From Candidatus Cloacimonadales bacterium (GTDB taxonomy: Bacteria; Cloacimonadota; Cloacimonadia; Cloacimonadales; DAONDQ01): 64,000 nt of DNA. The number at the start of each line of letters is the position of its first letter. Position 1 is the first letter of the stretch. The notes under the pieces are model-generated. The model ran no database searches. It saw only the letters and a program-made list of their open reading frames with translations, and had not been told where the DNA came from. A program made the translations under genes and the position numbers. This document shows, piece by piece, positions 23,507 through 33,642 of the stretch. The DNA is taken from contig OY759316.1 in assembly GCA_963662275.1 (NCBI GenBank), forward strand, positions 3,168,001 to 3,232,000, given 5' to 3'.

Positions 23507-25837
23507 ATGTTCAATAAAATAGGCTTAACTCTAATACTCTCAACTATGCTTGCTGTAAGTTATGCAGCTACGATCAGTGGATTTGTTACCCGTAAAGACA
23601 GTTCCGAACCAATGGAATATGTCAATATCCAGGTTCTTGAAATCCAAGCAGGAACTCAATCCAACAAAAAAGGGTATTATGTAGTTGAGATTAAAAAAAC
23701 TGGCACCTATACATTGAAAGCATCTACGATTTCATATCTCCCTATAACTCATACTTTTGAGATTAAGAACGAAGAGGATAAGGTACAATTCGATTTACCG
23801 ATGGAGAAATCATCGTACGAAATGGCGAAGACCGTCGTTACCGGAAAACGAGAAGAAGATGAAGTTAATACTCCCACAATTCATGTGGGTACGATTCGCC
23901 AAAGTACAGAAGATATCCTCAATACTGTTTCCGTCGCAGAAGCTGATGTATTCCGATCTGTCCTGACCTTACCGGGAGTCACTCCCATATCGGATTTTTC
24001 CAGCGGGCTATATGTTCGTGGAGGAAGTCCGGATCAGAACCTGATTCTTTTAGATGACATCGATGTTTATAATCCAAATCATTTTGGTGGTGTATTCAGT
24101 ACATTCAACGCAGATGCCGTGGATAAGGTTGAATTGATGAAAGGTGGGTATCCTGCGAAATATGGCGGAAGAATGTCTTCCGTCTTAGATGTAACCAATC
24201 GCCAGGGAAACAGGAATTATCACCAGGGCGTGGCAAGACTCAGTCTTATCAGCAGTAGTGCCACATTGGAAGGTCCCTGGTCTATTGGTAATGAAAAAGG
24301 TTCTTATATGGGTTCATTCCGCAGAACATATCTTGATTTATTGGAAGCATTAACAGATATAGGTTTACCTGATTATTACTTTTATGACGGACATATGAAA
24401 CTGAACTGGGATATTACAAACTATGATAAAGTAAGCACTAGCATGTATCTTGGGAAGGATAACCTGAATATGGATGTTGGCGCAAAACTTCATTTAGATT
24501 GGGGAAACAATACAGTAACCACCCAATGGATGCATGTATTTAACCCCACACTGTTTTCCCAGTTTATCCTAGCTGGTAGTCAATTTACCAGTCATTTTGT
24601 TCAATCTTCTGAAAATAGTGAATCATTCAAGCGCTTGAATGGGATTGATGATATCACCTTAAAGAATATCAGCAACTGGAAGTTAAACAACTCGAACCAG
24701 TTGGATTTCGGATTCGAACTGAAATGGAATAATACATATTTAAAACAAACCTCAGATTACCAATATGATCCAAACTCTTTACCAGATGTAGTTGTCAAAG
24801 CAGGAACATCATCCGCATTTATCCAAGATGCCTGGGATATAGATAAAAACTGGACTTTCCAACCAGGTTTACGACTCTCATGGTATAAGACGCTTGCTAT
24901 TTCCCTGGAAAGCCCACCTGATGCATCATATATGAACCTGGAACCCCGACTATCGATTCGACGTAAATTAGGTGTTACCTCCAATGTTTACGCGAGTTTC
25001 GGACAATACCACCAATACCTGACACTCATCTCCCAAGGTGAAAGTACGCCTTTTGATGTTTGGATGCCTCTTGATGGGAGCTTAAAACCAGGTTTATCCA
25101 ACCATTATATCCTGGGATTCAGAAAAGAGCTTTCCATTTACTTTGGATTTGATATTGAATTATATTATAAAACCTATCAGAATTTGTTGGAATATAATCC
25201 CGCAACAGATTATACATGGAATAATCAAACAGGGCAGTTAAAAGATATCTTCTATAATGGAAAAGGTACAACTTGGGGTAGCGATTTCATGTTGCGCAAT
25301 GAATGGAATGGATTGAAAGGATTCACGAGTTATACATTCAGTAAAACCCATCGTATCATGCCAGGAATGAATATTAATCCGGAAACTCAGGAAGCAGAAT
25401 ACTTCTATCCTAAATATGATAGGACGCATATGATCAATCTTGTCCAGAATTTCAATGTGTCTGAAAATACCGGTTGGCAATTATGGGGTTCTGATTTTAA
25501 AGTGGGATGTAATTTTTCCTATGCCACTGGTCAGCCATCTGAAATCCCCGAGAAAGTCTATTTTGATGGTCAGCAATACCAGATACTTTACAGTTACAAA
25601 GATCGGGTCAGATTACCTGCATATTGTCGTTTCGATATCAGCACAAAATATGAATGGCAGAAGAAATGGGGTTCTATTGAACCATATTTTGAAATCATCA
25701 ATGTTTTCAATCGCAAGAATGTCAGTTATAGAAATTACTATATTGTACCGGATGATAATACGGGCTATAAGTTGAAATCAGCAGATAGTACACAATTTCC
25801 GCTCGTGCCTTTCATCGGTTGTAATGTAACCTGGTAA
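23507..25837 (+). CDS. TonB-dependent receptor
   Basis: Carboxypeptidase-regulatory-like N-domain, plug motif VRGGSPDQNLILLD, KGGYPAKYGGR, aromatic C-terminus. Confidence 0.9.
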   Translation: MFNKIGLTLILSTMLAVSYAATISGFVTRKDSSEPMEYVNIQVLEIQAGTQSNKKGYYVVEIKKTGTYTLKASTISYLPITHTFEIKNEEDKVQFDLPMEKSSYEMAKTVVTGKREEDEVNTPTIHVGTIRQSTEDILNTVSVAEADVFRSVLTLPGVTPISDFSSGLYVRGGSPDQNLILLDDIDVYNPNHFGGVFSTFNADAVDKVELMKGGYPAKYGGRMSSVLDVTNRQGNRNYHQGVARLSLISSSATLEGPWSIGNEKGSYMGSFRRTYLDLLEALTDIGLPDYYFYDGHMKLNWDITNYDKVSTSMYLGKDNLNMDVGAKLHLDWGNNTVTTQWMHVFNPTLFSQFILAGSQFTSHFVQSSENSESFKRLNGIDDITLKNISNWKLNNSNQLDFGFELKWNNTYLKQTSDYQYDPNSLPDVVVKAGTSSAFIQDAWDIDKNWTFQPGLRLSWYKTLAISLESPPDASYMNLEPRLSIRRKLGVTSNVYASFGQYHQYLTLISQGESTPFDVWMPLDGSLKPGLSNHYILGFRKELSIYFGFDIELYYKTYQNLLEYNPATDYTWNNQTGQLKDIFYNGKGTTWGSDFMLRNEWNGLKGFTSYTFSKTHRIMPGMNINPETQEAEYFYPKYDRTHMINLVQNFNVSENTGWQLWGSDFKVGCNFSYATGQPSEIPEKVYFDGQQYQILYSYKDRVRLPAYCRFDISTKYEWQKKWGSIEPYFEIINVFNRKNVSYRNYYIVPDDNTGYKLKSADSTQFPLVPFIGCNVTW

Positions 25838-25848
25838 ATGAGGATATC

Positions 25849-26808
25849 ATGAAATATATTTTATTACTTCTCTCCCTTTTTGTGTTGCTGCTAACCGCTT
25901 GTAGTGATTTTACCGCACCAAAACGCTATCAAGCAGATCAATACACGCTGAGTGCAATATTAGTAGCAGGATCCACGATATCATTCGACAATCCTGTCAT
26001 TATCGGGAAGAGTGTAGATTTGGATCATTTGAATTCCCCTGATATGTTCGTACATAATGCTCATGTCAGAATGACCGAAAGCTACCTTGGAACCGTAATC
26101 AATGAATTTGATCTGCAACCATTCAGTATTGTACTGCCGAATACCACCGATAGCATAACATTTTATATCGATCCTGCAGAACACGTAATACAACCAACTC
26201 ATACATATCATATCGAAGTAACTATAGATGGGTATTCAAAGACAATTAGCGCAGAAACAACCGTACCTAAAATGTCACAATTAAATACAGATTTCTATCA
26301 TTGGAATGTTCCTGGTCAAGGCTATACAACTACTCTCTCTGATACTCTTCCCGTTATCCCCTATAAACGAATAGATCTCGATTATCCTGTAGCATTGCAG
26401 GTGGATGGCATTCAGGCGGCGAATACACTGGTGGAATTGTTTTGCATGGAAGAATTTTCTGATAGTTTGGAATTTACAACCCATTTTTTTGGGCAGGTAC
26501 ACCCCCCCGAATCAATGAGATCAGACTATTACGCTTCCTCTGGAGAAACCATCAGGCGCATCAATTTCATGGCAAGATTACAGTCTGGGCAGTTTGATGA
26601 CGGTAACTATTATCTGCTTCTCCAGGATTACAAAGTGGGCTTTATCTTTTATGGCAGATATATGGTGACTGCTTATACTATTGACGATAATTACTACTAT
26701 TATAAATTTATGCCGGATGGTTACTTCCATGGAGGAGTTCAGAATGCACTGGGGTGTTTTGGCTCTAAATCCGGTGGAACCATGTATACTAAGATTGTGA
26801 AGAGCTGA
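25849..26808 (+). CDS. Lipoprotein partner of the TonB-dependent receptor (DUF4249-like)
   Basis: Lipobox LLTAC; C-terminal GVQNALGCFG; directly downstream of the receptor. Confidence 0.7.
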   Translation: MKYILLLLSLFVLLLTACSDFTAPKRYQADQYTLSAILVAGSTISFDNPVIIGKSVDLDHLNSPDMFVHNAHVRMTESYLGTVINEFDLQPFSIVLPNTTDSITFYIDPAEHVIQPTHTYHIEVTIDGYSKTISAETTVPKMSQLNTDFYHWNVPGQGYTTTLSDTLPVIPYKRIDLDYPVALQVDGIQAANTLVELFCMEEFSDSLEFTTHFFGQVHPPESMRSDYYASSGETIRRINFMARLQSGQFDDGNYYLLLQDYKVGFIFYGRYMVTAYTIDDNYYYYKFMPDGYFHGGVQNALGCFGSKSGGTMYTKIVKS

Positions 26809-26861
26809 TTCAGAAATAACCGCCTGAAGTCAGCGCTACAAAATAAGGATAACGACTCGAT

Positions 26862-28550
26862 TTAGATGATCTTGGTAATCATATACTTCAAGTATAGAAC
26901 TTTCTTCACTAAGGGATAGATAAAATCAGTCTGCTTAGAGACAACCACTTTATAGAGACCTAGCTGATTAACTCTCTCCGAAATGTGCATATTGATCTTA
27001 CGATAATCCACTTGTCCGGTAAAGCAATTTCGATATAGATATCTATCTCTTGCAGAACGCATCTTTTTCAGAATTCGTACTATTTTTTCAGGATACTCCA
27101 GGGATTCAATCAATTTGATGTTGGTACCCAATTCAGCACGGTAAAGCCTGGTATTCATACTTTTCACAACAATTGCTTCCGGTCTGTAGGCTACGATAGT
27201 ACTTGGTTTATCCTGTTGAAGATTGCAATAGTGGGCTAAACCATAACCGCTGCTGAAAGTCGCACGCAGGACATCGATATCTAAAAATGGAAGATATTGG
27301 TAAAGACCAAGATTCTTGGCAATCATACATATTGGACTGATCTTTTTTGCCGGAAAATAGGCATAAACAAATTGAAGAAATGCCGGATAATTCTTTTTTT
27401 TATTAATATCCTTGAATTCATGACCAAATGCTTTCGCTAAATAGCTTTCCATATTCTTTTTAAAAACAGGGTCAAAATCTCCGAAATACTGATCCATTGC
27501 TTGTGATAATGTCAGTTTATTTGACAATACATCCTGGAGTGGTTGAGAAACACATGCATCAGACAATATTCCTTTAACGAATTCGCTGCCGAAATATCCT
27601 TCAAATATGGTTGCAGGAGTAGGTATGTTCTGATAAAAATGAATATCAAGAGTAGAATCAAGCAAGCCATTTGACATGGATAAACCTTCTTGAAGCTCTG
27701 TGTCAAAATTCTCTTCAAAGGATTGAAAGGTGACATAATTGATATCAAGCTTAATCTCTTTTGCTAATTTCTCAACTTTCTGACGTTCTACATATTGTTT
27801 ATCACCCCAGCTATATATTTTTGGCTTCATCTGATATTTCAACAGACATGATAAGATAGTCCGCGAATCCGAGCCGGCAGAGAATGAAATAGCCGCATCA
27901 GATACAGCAATTTTAGCTTTTTCAAAGAATTTTTCATATGCTGTCTGAATACGCAAACTTCCTTCTAAATTAAAAAGCTCCTCATACTTGTTTTGTTCGG
28001 TAATCGTGATCTTTCCTGTTATCAAATCGTAAACCAAAGCCTGGTTCGGCAAAAATACATTAATATCCTTGAATACAGTCTTGGCACCACGTGTAGAATT
28101 AAAAAACAACATTTCATAGAAAGCTTCCAGGTCTTGATCTTTATTCAAAAGCTTGGCTAGATGATAGACATTATTGGAAATGATTATTCTATGATTATCC
28201 ATATAATAAAAATAAGGAAAAATACCCCAGTAATCAGATTTGCATAAGATTTTCTCTGGACTACCATAAACAAAACTTACATAGGGATATGCTTTTACTC
28301 TTCCTAACAAATCAGGTGCATCTATGGTTCTAATAATGTTATTCTCGAGATCAGAAAATGAAAACTGCCGCATATTATAACTAGAAGAGTGGTTAAAATC
28401 TCCATTAGAAACCTCATGCTTAGTATAGATATGACAATTAACAAACTCCCCTTTAAACTCTCTATGATGAGAATATGAAGAATCTATCTGCTCTGTTACA
28501 CAAGTCTCCACATCTTGACATACTTCCAAAATGAAATCATCATTATCCAT
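26862..28550 (-). CDS. Divergent asparagine-synthase (AsnB)-like amidotransferase
   Basis: DYWGIFPYFY (DxxGxxPLY-like), SFSAGSDSR PP-loop, YLPFLD. Confidence 0.65.
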   Translation of the reverse strand: MDNDDFILEVCQDVETCVTEQIDSSYSHHREFKGEFVNCHIYTKHEVSNGDFNHSSSYNMRQFSFSDLENNIIRTIDAPDLLGRVKAYPYVSFVYGSPEKILCKSDYWGIFPYFYYMDNHRIIISNNVYHLAKLLNKDQDLEAFYEMLFFNSTRGAKTVFKDINVFLPNQALVYDLITGKITITEQNKYEELFNLEGSLRIQTAYEKFFEKAKIAVSDAAISFSAGSDSRTILSCLLKYQMKPKIYSWGDKQYVERQKVEKLAKEIKLDINYVTFQSFEENFDTELQEGLSMSNGLLDSTLDIHFYQNIPTPATIFEGYFGSEFVKGILSDACVSQPLQDVLSNKLTLSQAMDQYFGDFDPVFKKNMESYLAKAFGHEFKDINKKKNYPAFLQFVYAYFPAKKISPICMIAKNLGLYQYLPFLDIDVLRATFSSGYGLAHYCNLQQDKPSTIVAYRPEAIVVKSMNTRLYRAELGTNIKLIESLEYPEKIVRILKKMRSARDRYLYRNCFTGQVDYRKINMHISERVNQLGLYKVVVSKQTDFIYPLVKKVLYLKYMITKII

Positions 28551-28876
28551 ACATATTCTCCTTTGTCTCTGTATAGTGCAGCACAGAAGACAAGACTAAT
28601 CATGAAGGTAAACTGATAGTAAAAGAACGAGTAACCTCTTTGTCTTTTTTTGTCAGAAAGCAATCATGCTCACTGATTATACCTTATTTATGAAATAATT
28701 GATCGTGGCAAGAGAAATCTTCAATCTCGATACTCCTGATGATGCTGGTAAAGATAAAATTTAAGATTGTTATTGTGATAAAAAATGAATCAATCCTTTA
28801 GATAAAAAAATTATCTTGACTTATGAATGCTAACTATATTATCCTAAAACTGTGAACTTGAAAAGAAGGAGTTATC

Positions 28877-29752
28877 ATGTTTAATTTTGTTTCTCTGAAA
28901 GTTAAATGCCCGCACTGTGGTGCATCCTTTACGGACGAGGAGCACCTAATCGATAATCTGCCAAGTATGAAGATTTCGGTGAAAATAGGCGGACAAAAAG
29001 GTTCTATCTGGCTCTCATCAATCTATGGAAGTTACAATATCGATTCGGATATCATTGTTAAAGAAAATGAGATTGCCGAATTCTCTTGCTCGCATTGTTC
29101 CCAACCACTAACAAGCCAGGAATTATGTTCCGTTTGCAGCGCTCCTCTAGTTGATTTCAACTTGGAAGAGGGTGGAAAAGTTAGTATTTGTTCACGTGCT
29201 GGTTGTAAAAAACACAATGTTGAATTTGAAGACCTATCAACAGCTCTTGCTCATTTCTATGAGGATTTCTCTTACCGTGGACAAAAAACGCCGGATGTGA
29301 AAGACTCTTTGAATCAGCAAACTTCAAAAGAAGATGATCAACAGGAAAATAAAGCAATCATTGAATCTGGTACATACTTGCATTCATTCTGTCCCTATTG
29401 CAGAAAAAGCCTGAATGATCATGATATGCTCAAATTGAAGATTGAAAAAGGAGACGGAGAAATTGGTTTTCTACTTCTCAGTCCCTATTTAAATGTTTTT
29501 TCTCATAAATCAACGATTCAGCTTCCAGAACAGACTTCTGTAAAAGGAGTAAAATGCTGGCATTGTGACCATAGCCTGAAAGTGGAAGAAGAACCATGCC
29601 CAAAGTGCGGTTCAGAATTGATCAGGGTTCAAGTTGCCACTTTTACGAAAATGGCTGATTTCTATATATGCTCCAAAAAAGGGTGCACCTGGCATGGATT
29701 AAGTGATGAAGATCTGAACAGTATCATTCTCGAAGATAGTGAGGAATGGTAA
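28877..29752 (+). CDS. Cys-rich protein with two tandem copies of an about 110-aa multi-CxxC domain
   Basis: CPHC..LSS.Y..CSHC..CSVC..ICSRAGCKKH and CPYC..LSPY..CWHC..CPKC..ICSKKGCTWH; AAGGAG RBS. Confidence 0.8.
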   Translation: MFNFVSLKVKCPHCGASFTDEEHLIDNLPSMKISVKIGGQKGSIWLSSIYGSYNIDSDIIVKENEIAEFSCSHCSQPLTSQELCSVCSAPLVDFNLEEGGKVSICSRAGCKKHNVEFEDLSTALAHFYEDFSYRGQKTPDVKDSLNQQTSKEDDQQENKAIIESGTYLHSFCPYCRKSLNDHDMLKLKIEKGDGEIGFLLLSPYLNVFSHKSTIQLPEQTSVKGVKCWHCDHSLKVEEEPCPKCGSELIRVQVATFTKMADFYICSKKGCTWHGLSDEDLNSIILEDSEEW

Positions 29753-29753
29753 C

Positions 29754-30578
29754 ATGTTCGAGATTGTACGTAGAGATGAAATGGCAAAAGGTTCTATCAT
29801 TCGCTTTGATATCAGTGCTCCAGCTATCGCCAAGAAAATTAAGGCAGGACAATTTGTCATTTTACGTGTGAATGAGACAGGTGAAAGAATACCTCTAACA
29901 GTTGCTGATGTAGACCCATTTAGTGGTACGATAACACTCATCTTTCAAGTTGTTGGAAAAACGACGGCATTAATGCGGTCATTGAAGGAAGGTGGTTTTA
30001 TTCGGGATGTAGTTGGTCCATTAGGAAGACCGGCTCATATTGAGAAATTCGGTACGGTAGTCGTGATTGGTGGAGGAACAGGAATAGCCATTCTTCATCA
30101 TATCACGAAAGCACTCCAACAGGCAGGGAATAATATCCTGGGTATCATTGGTGCTCGAACGAAAGAGCTGTTGATTTTAGAACATGAGATAGCCTCGATG
30201 TGTGATGATCTTGTTATTACAACGGATGATGGAAGTTATGGTATACAGGGCTTTGTCACTGATCCCCTGAAGAAATGGCTTGATGAGAGAGACGATATCA
30301 AACTTGTCTACGCTATTGGTCCTATCATCATGATGAAAAATATATGCAATTTAACTAAAAAATACAAAATACCTACTATGGTAAGTTTAAATCCGGTCAT
30401 GATCGATGGAACAGGGATGTGTGGCGGATGCCGTGTCAATGTTGACGGCAAAACACAATTCTGTTGTGCTGACGGTCCTGATTTTGATGGTCATAAAGTC
30501 GATTTTATTGAATTGGAAAAGCGTAATTCCATGTATATCAAAGAAGAGAAAGACGCTTTGTTGTATTCTATCCGTTAA
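29754..30578 (+). CDS. nfnA: NfnA-type FAD/NAD-binding [2Fe-2S] subunit (electron-bifurcating transhydrogenase small subunit)
   Basis: AGQFVILR, GERIPLT, GPLG, GGGTG, TDDGSYG, DGTGMCGGCRV..C.DGPDF. Confidence 0.88.
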   Translation: MFEIVRRDEMAKGSIIRFDISAPAIAKKIKAGQFVILRVNETGERIPLTVADVDPFSGTITLIFQVVGKTTALMRSLKEGGFIRDVVGPLGRPAHIEKFGTVVVIGGGTGIAILHHITKALQQAGNNILGIIGARTKELLILEHEIASMCDDLVITTDDGSYGIQGFVTDPLKKWLDERDDIKLVYAIGPIIMMKNICNLTKKYKIPTMVSLNPVMIDGTGMCGGCRVNVDGKTQFCCADGPDFDGHKVDFIELEKRNSMYIKEEKDALLYSIR

Positions 30579-30599
30579 CCTTCGAATCGGAGAGTAACC

Positions 30600-32393
30600 A
30601 TGCTGGATTATGACGTAAAATATCTCAAATATAAGACCTACTTAAATACTTACTGCCCTCACTGTAACAACAGTTTTAATGTAAAGATCAAAGGAAACGA
30701 TATTATCCTTTTTGAAGGTATTTTCAAAGGGCAGGAAATGACTTTGAAATTAAGTCCTTATCTTGATGTCTTTGAAGTGGAAACATCCATTCCTATAAAA
30801 CAGGGCGAAGTCCTTGATGACCTACGCTGTCCGCAATGTAAGACTAGTCTTTTATCAAAAGAAATATCCTGCGGGGAATGTAATTCGCCGGTTGCCAAAA
30901 TCATTATTACTGCTTATTCAAAACTAATACCCTTCTTTATTTGCTTGAAATATGGCTGTGAATGGCATGGTCTTACAAAAGCAGATGAAAGAAAAATCAA
31001 ACTTAAAATACCCAGGCAGGAAATGCCGGAACAGGATCAGAAACTCAGGGCTCATAACTTCCAGGAAGTACCCTATGGGCTGACAACAGAACTGGCTCAA
31101 TTGGAAGCAGGACGTTGTCTGCAATGCGCCACACCGAAATGTGTATTAGGTTGCCCTGTTGGAGTAGATATTCCTTCCTTTATCAAGCTGATTCGGCAGG
31201 ATGATTTTGATGGTGCGGCAAAGAAGATCAAGGAAACCAATATCCTTCCTTCCGTCTGTGGTAGAGTATGTCCACAGGAAGACCAGTGCGAAAAGCACTG
31301 TGTTCTGGGTATACGTGATGAACCGGTTGCCATTGGTAACCTGGAACGCTTTGTTGCTGATTTCGAAAGAAAAATGGATCTTGTGAAACCTCCTGTTGTG
31401 GCAACCCGCAGAAATAAGAAGGTTGCTGTTGTAGGTTCAGGACCTGGCGGTATTACGGTTGCAGGTGATTTGGCTCAACTTGGATATTCTGTGACCATGT
31501 ACGAAGCTCTTCACGAATCGGGAGGCGTACTTGTTTATGGTATTCCTGAATTCAGGCTGCCAAAATCTATTGTAGGATTTGAAATAGACTATCTGCGAAA
31601 ACTGGGTGTCAAGATAGAAGTGAACCAAGTGATCGGTACTCTCTACACTGTTGATGAATTACTGGAGAACTTTGATGCCGTATATCTTGGTGTTGGAGCA
31701 GGACTTCCTAAGTTTATGGGTATTGAAGGTGAAAACCTGTGTAATATCTTCTCTGCCAATGAATACCTGACTCGAATCAATTTAATGAAGGCATATAGAT
31801 TTCCAGAATATGATACACCACTACCCAAAGGTCAGCATGTCGTTGTTATCGGTGGTGGAAACGTAGCCATGGACTGTGCCCGGTGTGCATTGAGAACCAT
31901 CTCAGGGCAAGTGACCATCGTCTATCGCCGTTCACGTAAAGAACTACCTGCCAGACAAGCTGAAACACATCATGCAGAAGAGGAAGGAATCAAGTTCAAG
32001 CTTCTAACCAATCCTGTACGCTTTATTGGTAATGATTTGAATTGGGTGAAAGGCATGGAATGCATCAAGATGGAATTGGGAGAACCGGATGATTCCGGTC
32101 GTCGCAGACCTGAACCTGTCAAGGACTCGAACTTCATCATCGACACAGACCTAGTTATTGTAGCTCTCGGTACTGATCCGAATCCCATCATTTTCAATAC
32201 AACTCCTGACCTGAAGAGAAATCGATGGGGCTATATCGATGTGAATCCTGATACAATGGAAACATCAAAGCCTAACGTCTATGCTGGTGGCGATATTGTC
32301 ACAGGGAGCGCTACTGTCATTTTGGCAATGGGAGCGGGTAGAATAGCAGCACAGGCGATTCATAAGAAGCTTTCCGGAAAAGCTGCTAAGTAA
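30600..32393 (+). CDS. nfnB: NfnB/GltD-like flavo-iron-sulfur subunit with N-terminal Cys-rich extension
   Basis: EAGRCLQC..PKC..GCP, CGRVCPQE.QCE, GSGPGG, YGIPEFRLP, GGGNVAMD, GDIVTGSATVILAMG; follows nfnA. Confidence 0.88.
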   Translation: MLDYDVKYLKYKTYLNTYCPHCNNSFNVKIKGNDIILFEGIFKGQEMTLKLSPYLDVFEVETSIPIKQGEVLDDLRCPQCKTSLLSKEISCGECNSPVAKIIITAYSKLIPFFICLKYGCEWHGLTKADERKIKLKIPRQEMPEQDQKLRAHNFQEVPYGLTTELAQLEAGRCLQCATPKCVLGCPVGVDIPSFIKLIRQDDFDGAAKKIKETNILPSVCGRVCPQEDQCEKHCVLGIRDEPVAIGNLERFVADFERKMDLVKPPVVATRRNKKVAVVGSGPGGITVAGDLAQLGYSVTMYEALHESGGVLVYGIPEFRLPKSIVGFEIDYLRKLGVKIEVNQVIGTLYTVDELLENFDAVYLGVGAGLPKFMGIEGENLCNIFSANEYLTRINLMKAYRFPEYDTPLPKGQHVVVIGGGNVAMDCARCALRTISGQVTIVYRRSRKELPARQAETHHAEEEGIKFKLLTNPVRFIGNDLNWVKGMECIKMELGEPDDSGRRRPEPVKDSNFIIDTDLVIVALGTDPNPIIFNTTPDLKRNRWGYIDVNPDTMETSKPNVYAGGDIVTGSATVILAMGAGRIAAQAIHKKLSGKAAK

Positions 32394-32531
32394 AGTTTAC
32401 TTCGCTGTAGAGTTTATCTCAGGAAACTGCGTCTGCATTAATTGGAGTTTGCATAAAAGCTAAGGTTTTGAGCTTAGAAACTATATTAAGTTCACAATCA
32501 GCTTTTCAAACTCTCCGACACTAAAGTGCCA

Positions 32532-32627
32532 CCTCTCTTTATCCAAAGAGAGGAATGGATAAACAGCATTCTGTCTGATTTCCCTCCCTTTGGATAAAGG
32601 GAGGGATTAAGGGAGAGTTTGATTCTG
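32532..32627. repeat. Pair of CCCTCCCTTT-GGAT-AAAGGGAGGG hairpins (REP-like)
   Basis: Hairpins at 32532-32553 and 32581-32606; second one nearly identical (inverted) to 62590-62634. Confidence 0.75.
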
Positions 32628-32682
32628 CAATTTGAACTCCAAATACTTTAATTTCACGGCACAGAATTCTAAAGAGGTAAAT

Positions 32683-33057
32683 GTGATATATGGTATAGGT
32701 ACTGATTTGATTGAAGTTGAACGGGTAAAAAAGCAAGTGGAAAGTGATAACGGTTTTAAAGAACGTGTCTTCACAGAGGCAGAGATTGCGTACTGTGACA
32801 GTAAACATCATAGATATCAGCATTATGCAGGAAGATTTGCAGCCAAAGAAGCTTTTATGAAGGCTTTGGGGACTGGATGGCAGGGTGGAGTTTCATTCCA
32901 GGATATTGAAATAATCACTACTCCCAATGGAAAACCTGAATTAAAACTGCATGGAAAGACTGCAGAAATAACCGAAGGCAAGTTCATTCAATCTATGTTT
33001 GTTTCTCTTTCCCATTTATCCAGTTTTGCGATGGCAACAGTTGTATTGGAACAGTAA
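32683..33057 (+). CDS. acpS: Holo-[acyl-carrier-protein] synthase
   Basis: GIGTDLIE, VFTEAE, AGRFAAKEAFMKALGTG, VSLSH; GTG start after AGAGG RBS. Confidence 0.95.
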   Translation: MIYGIGTDLIEVERVKKQVESDNGFKERVFTEAEIAYCDSKHHRYQHYAGRFAAKEAFMKALGTGWQGGVSFQDIEIITTPNGKPELKLHGKTAEITEGKFIQSMFVSLSHLSSFAMATVVLEQ

Positions 33058-33060
33058 AGC

Positions 33061-33616
33061 GTGGAGTAAGATGCCGATCCTACTGGTCTGCGTGGAGTAA
33101 GATGCCGATCCTACTGGTCTGCGTGGAGTAGGATGCCGATCCTACTGGTCTGCGTGGAGTAGGATGCCGATCCTACTGGTCTGCGTGGAGTAGGATGCCG
33201 ATCCTACTGGTCTGCGTGGAGTAAGATGCCGATCCTACTGGTCTGCGTGGAGTAAGATGCCGATCCTACTGGTCTGCGTGGAGTAAGATGCCGATCCTAC
33301 TGGTCTGCGTGGAGTAAGATGCCGATCCTACTGGTCTGCGTGGAGTAAGATGCCGATCCTACTGGTCTGCGTGGAGTAGGATGCCGATCCTACTGGTCTG
33401 CGTGGAGTAGGATGCCGATCCTACTGGTCTGCGTGGAGTAGGATGCCGATCCTACTGGTCTGCGTGGAGTAGGATGCCGATCCTACTGGTCTGCGTGGAG
33501 TAGGATGCCGATCCTACTGGTCTGCGTGGAGTAGGATGCCGATCCTACTGGTCTGCGTGGAGTAGGATGCCGATCTTACTGGTCTGCGTGGAGTAGGATG
33601 CCGATCCTACTGGTCT
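33061..33616 (+). repeat. Tandem array of 18 x 31-bp REP units (GTGG-AGTAGGAT-GCCG-ATCCTACT-ggtctgc)
   Basis: Units counted at 33061+31k, k=0-17; invariant linker, no spacers. Confidence 0.97.
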
Positions 33617-33642
33617 TTTTTTAATCTTATTCGGAGGTATTC

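Noticed and set aside
28772..28789. Possible Rex operator upstream of the nfn operon
   Set aside because: Only one half-site (TTGTGA) matches; the palindrome is absent
33061..33616. CRISPR array
   Set aside because: Linkers are identical 7-bp sequences with no unique spacers, and no cas genes are present; the adjacent gene is a RAYT
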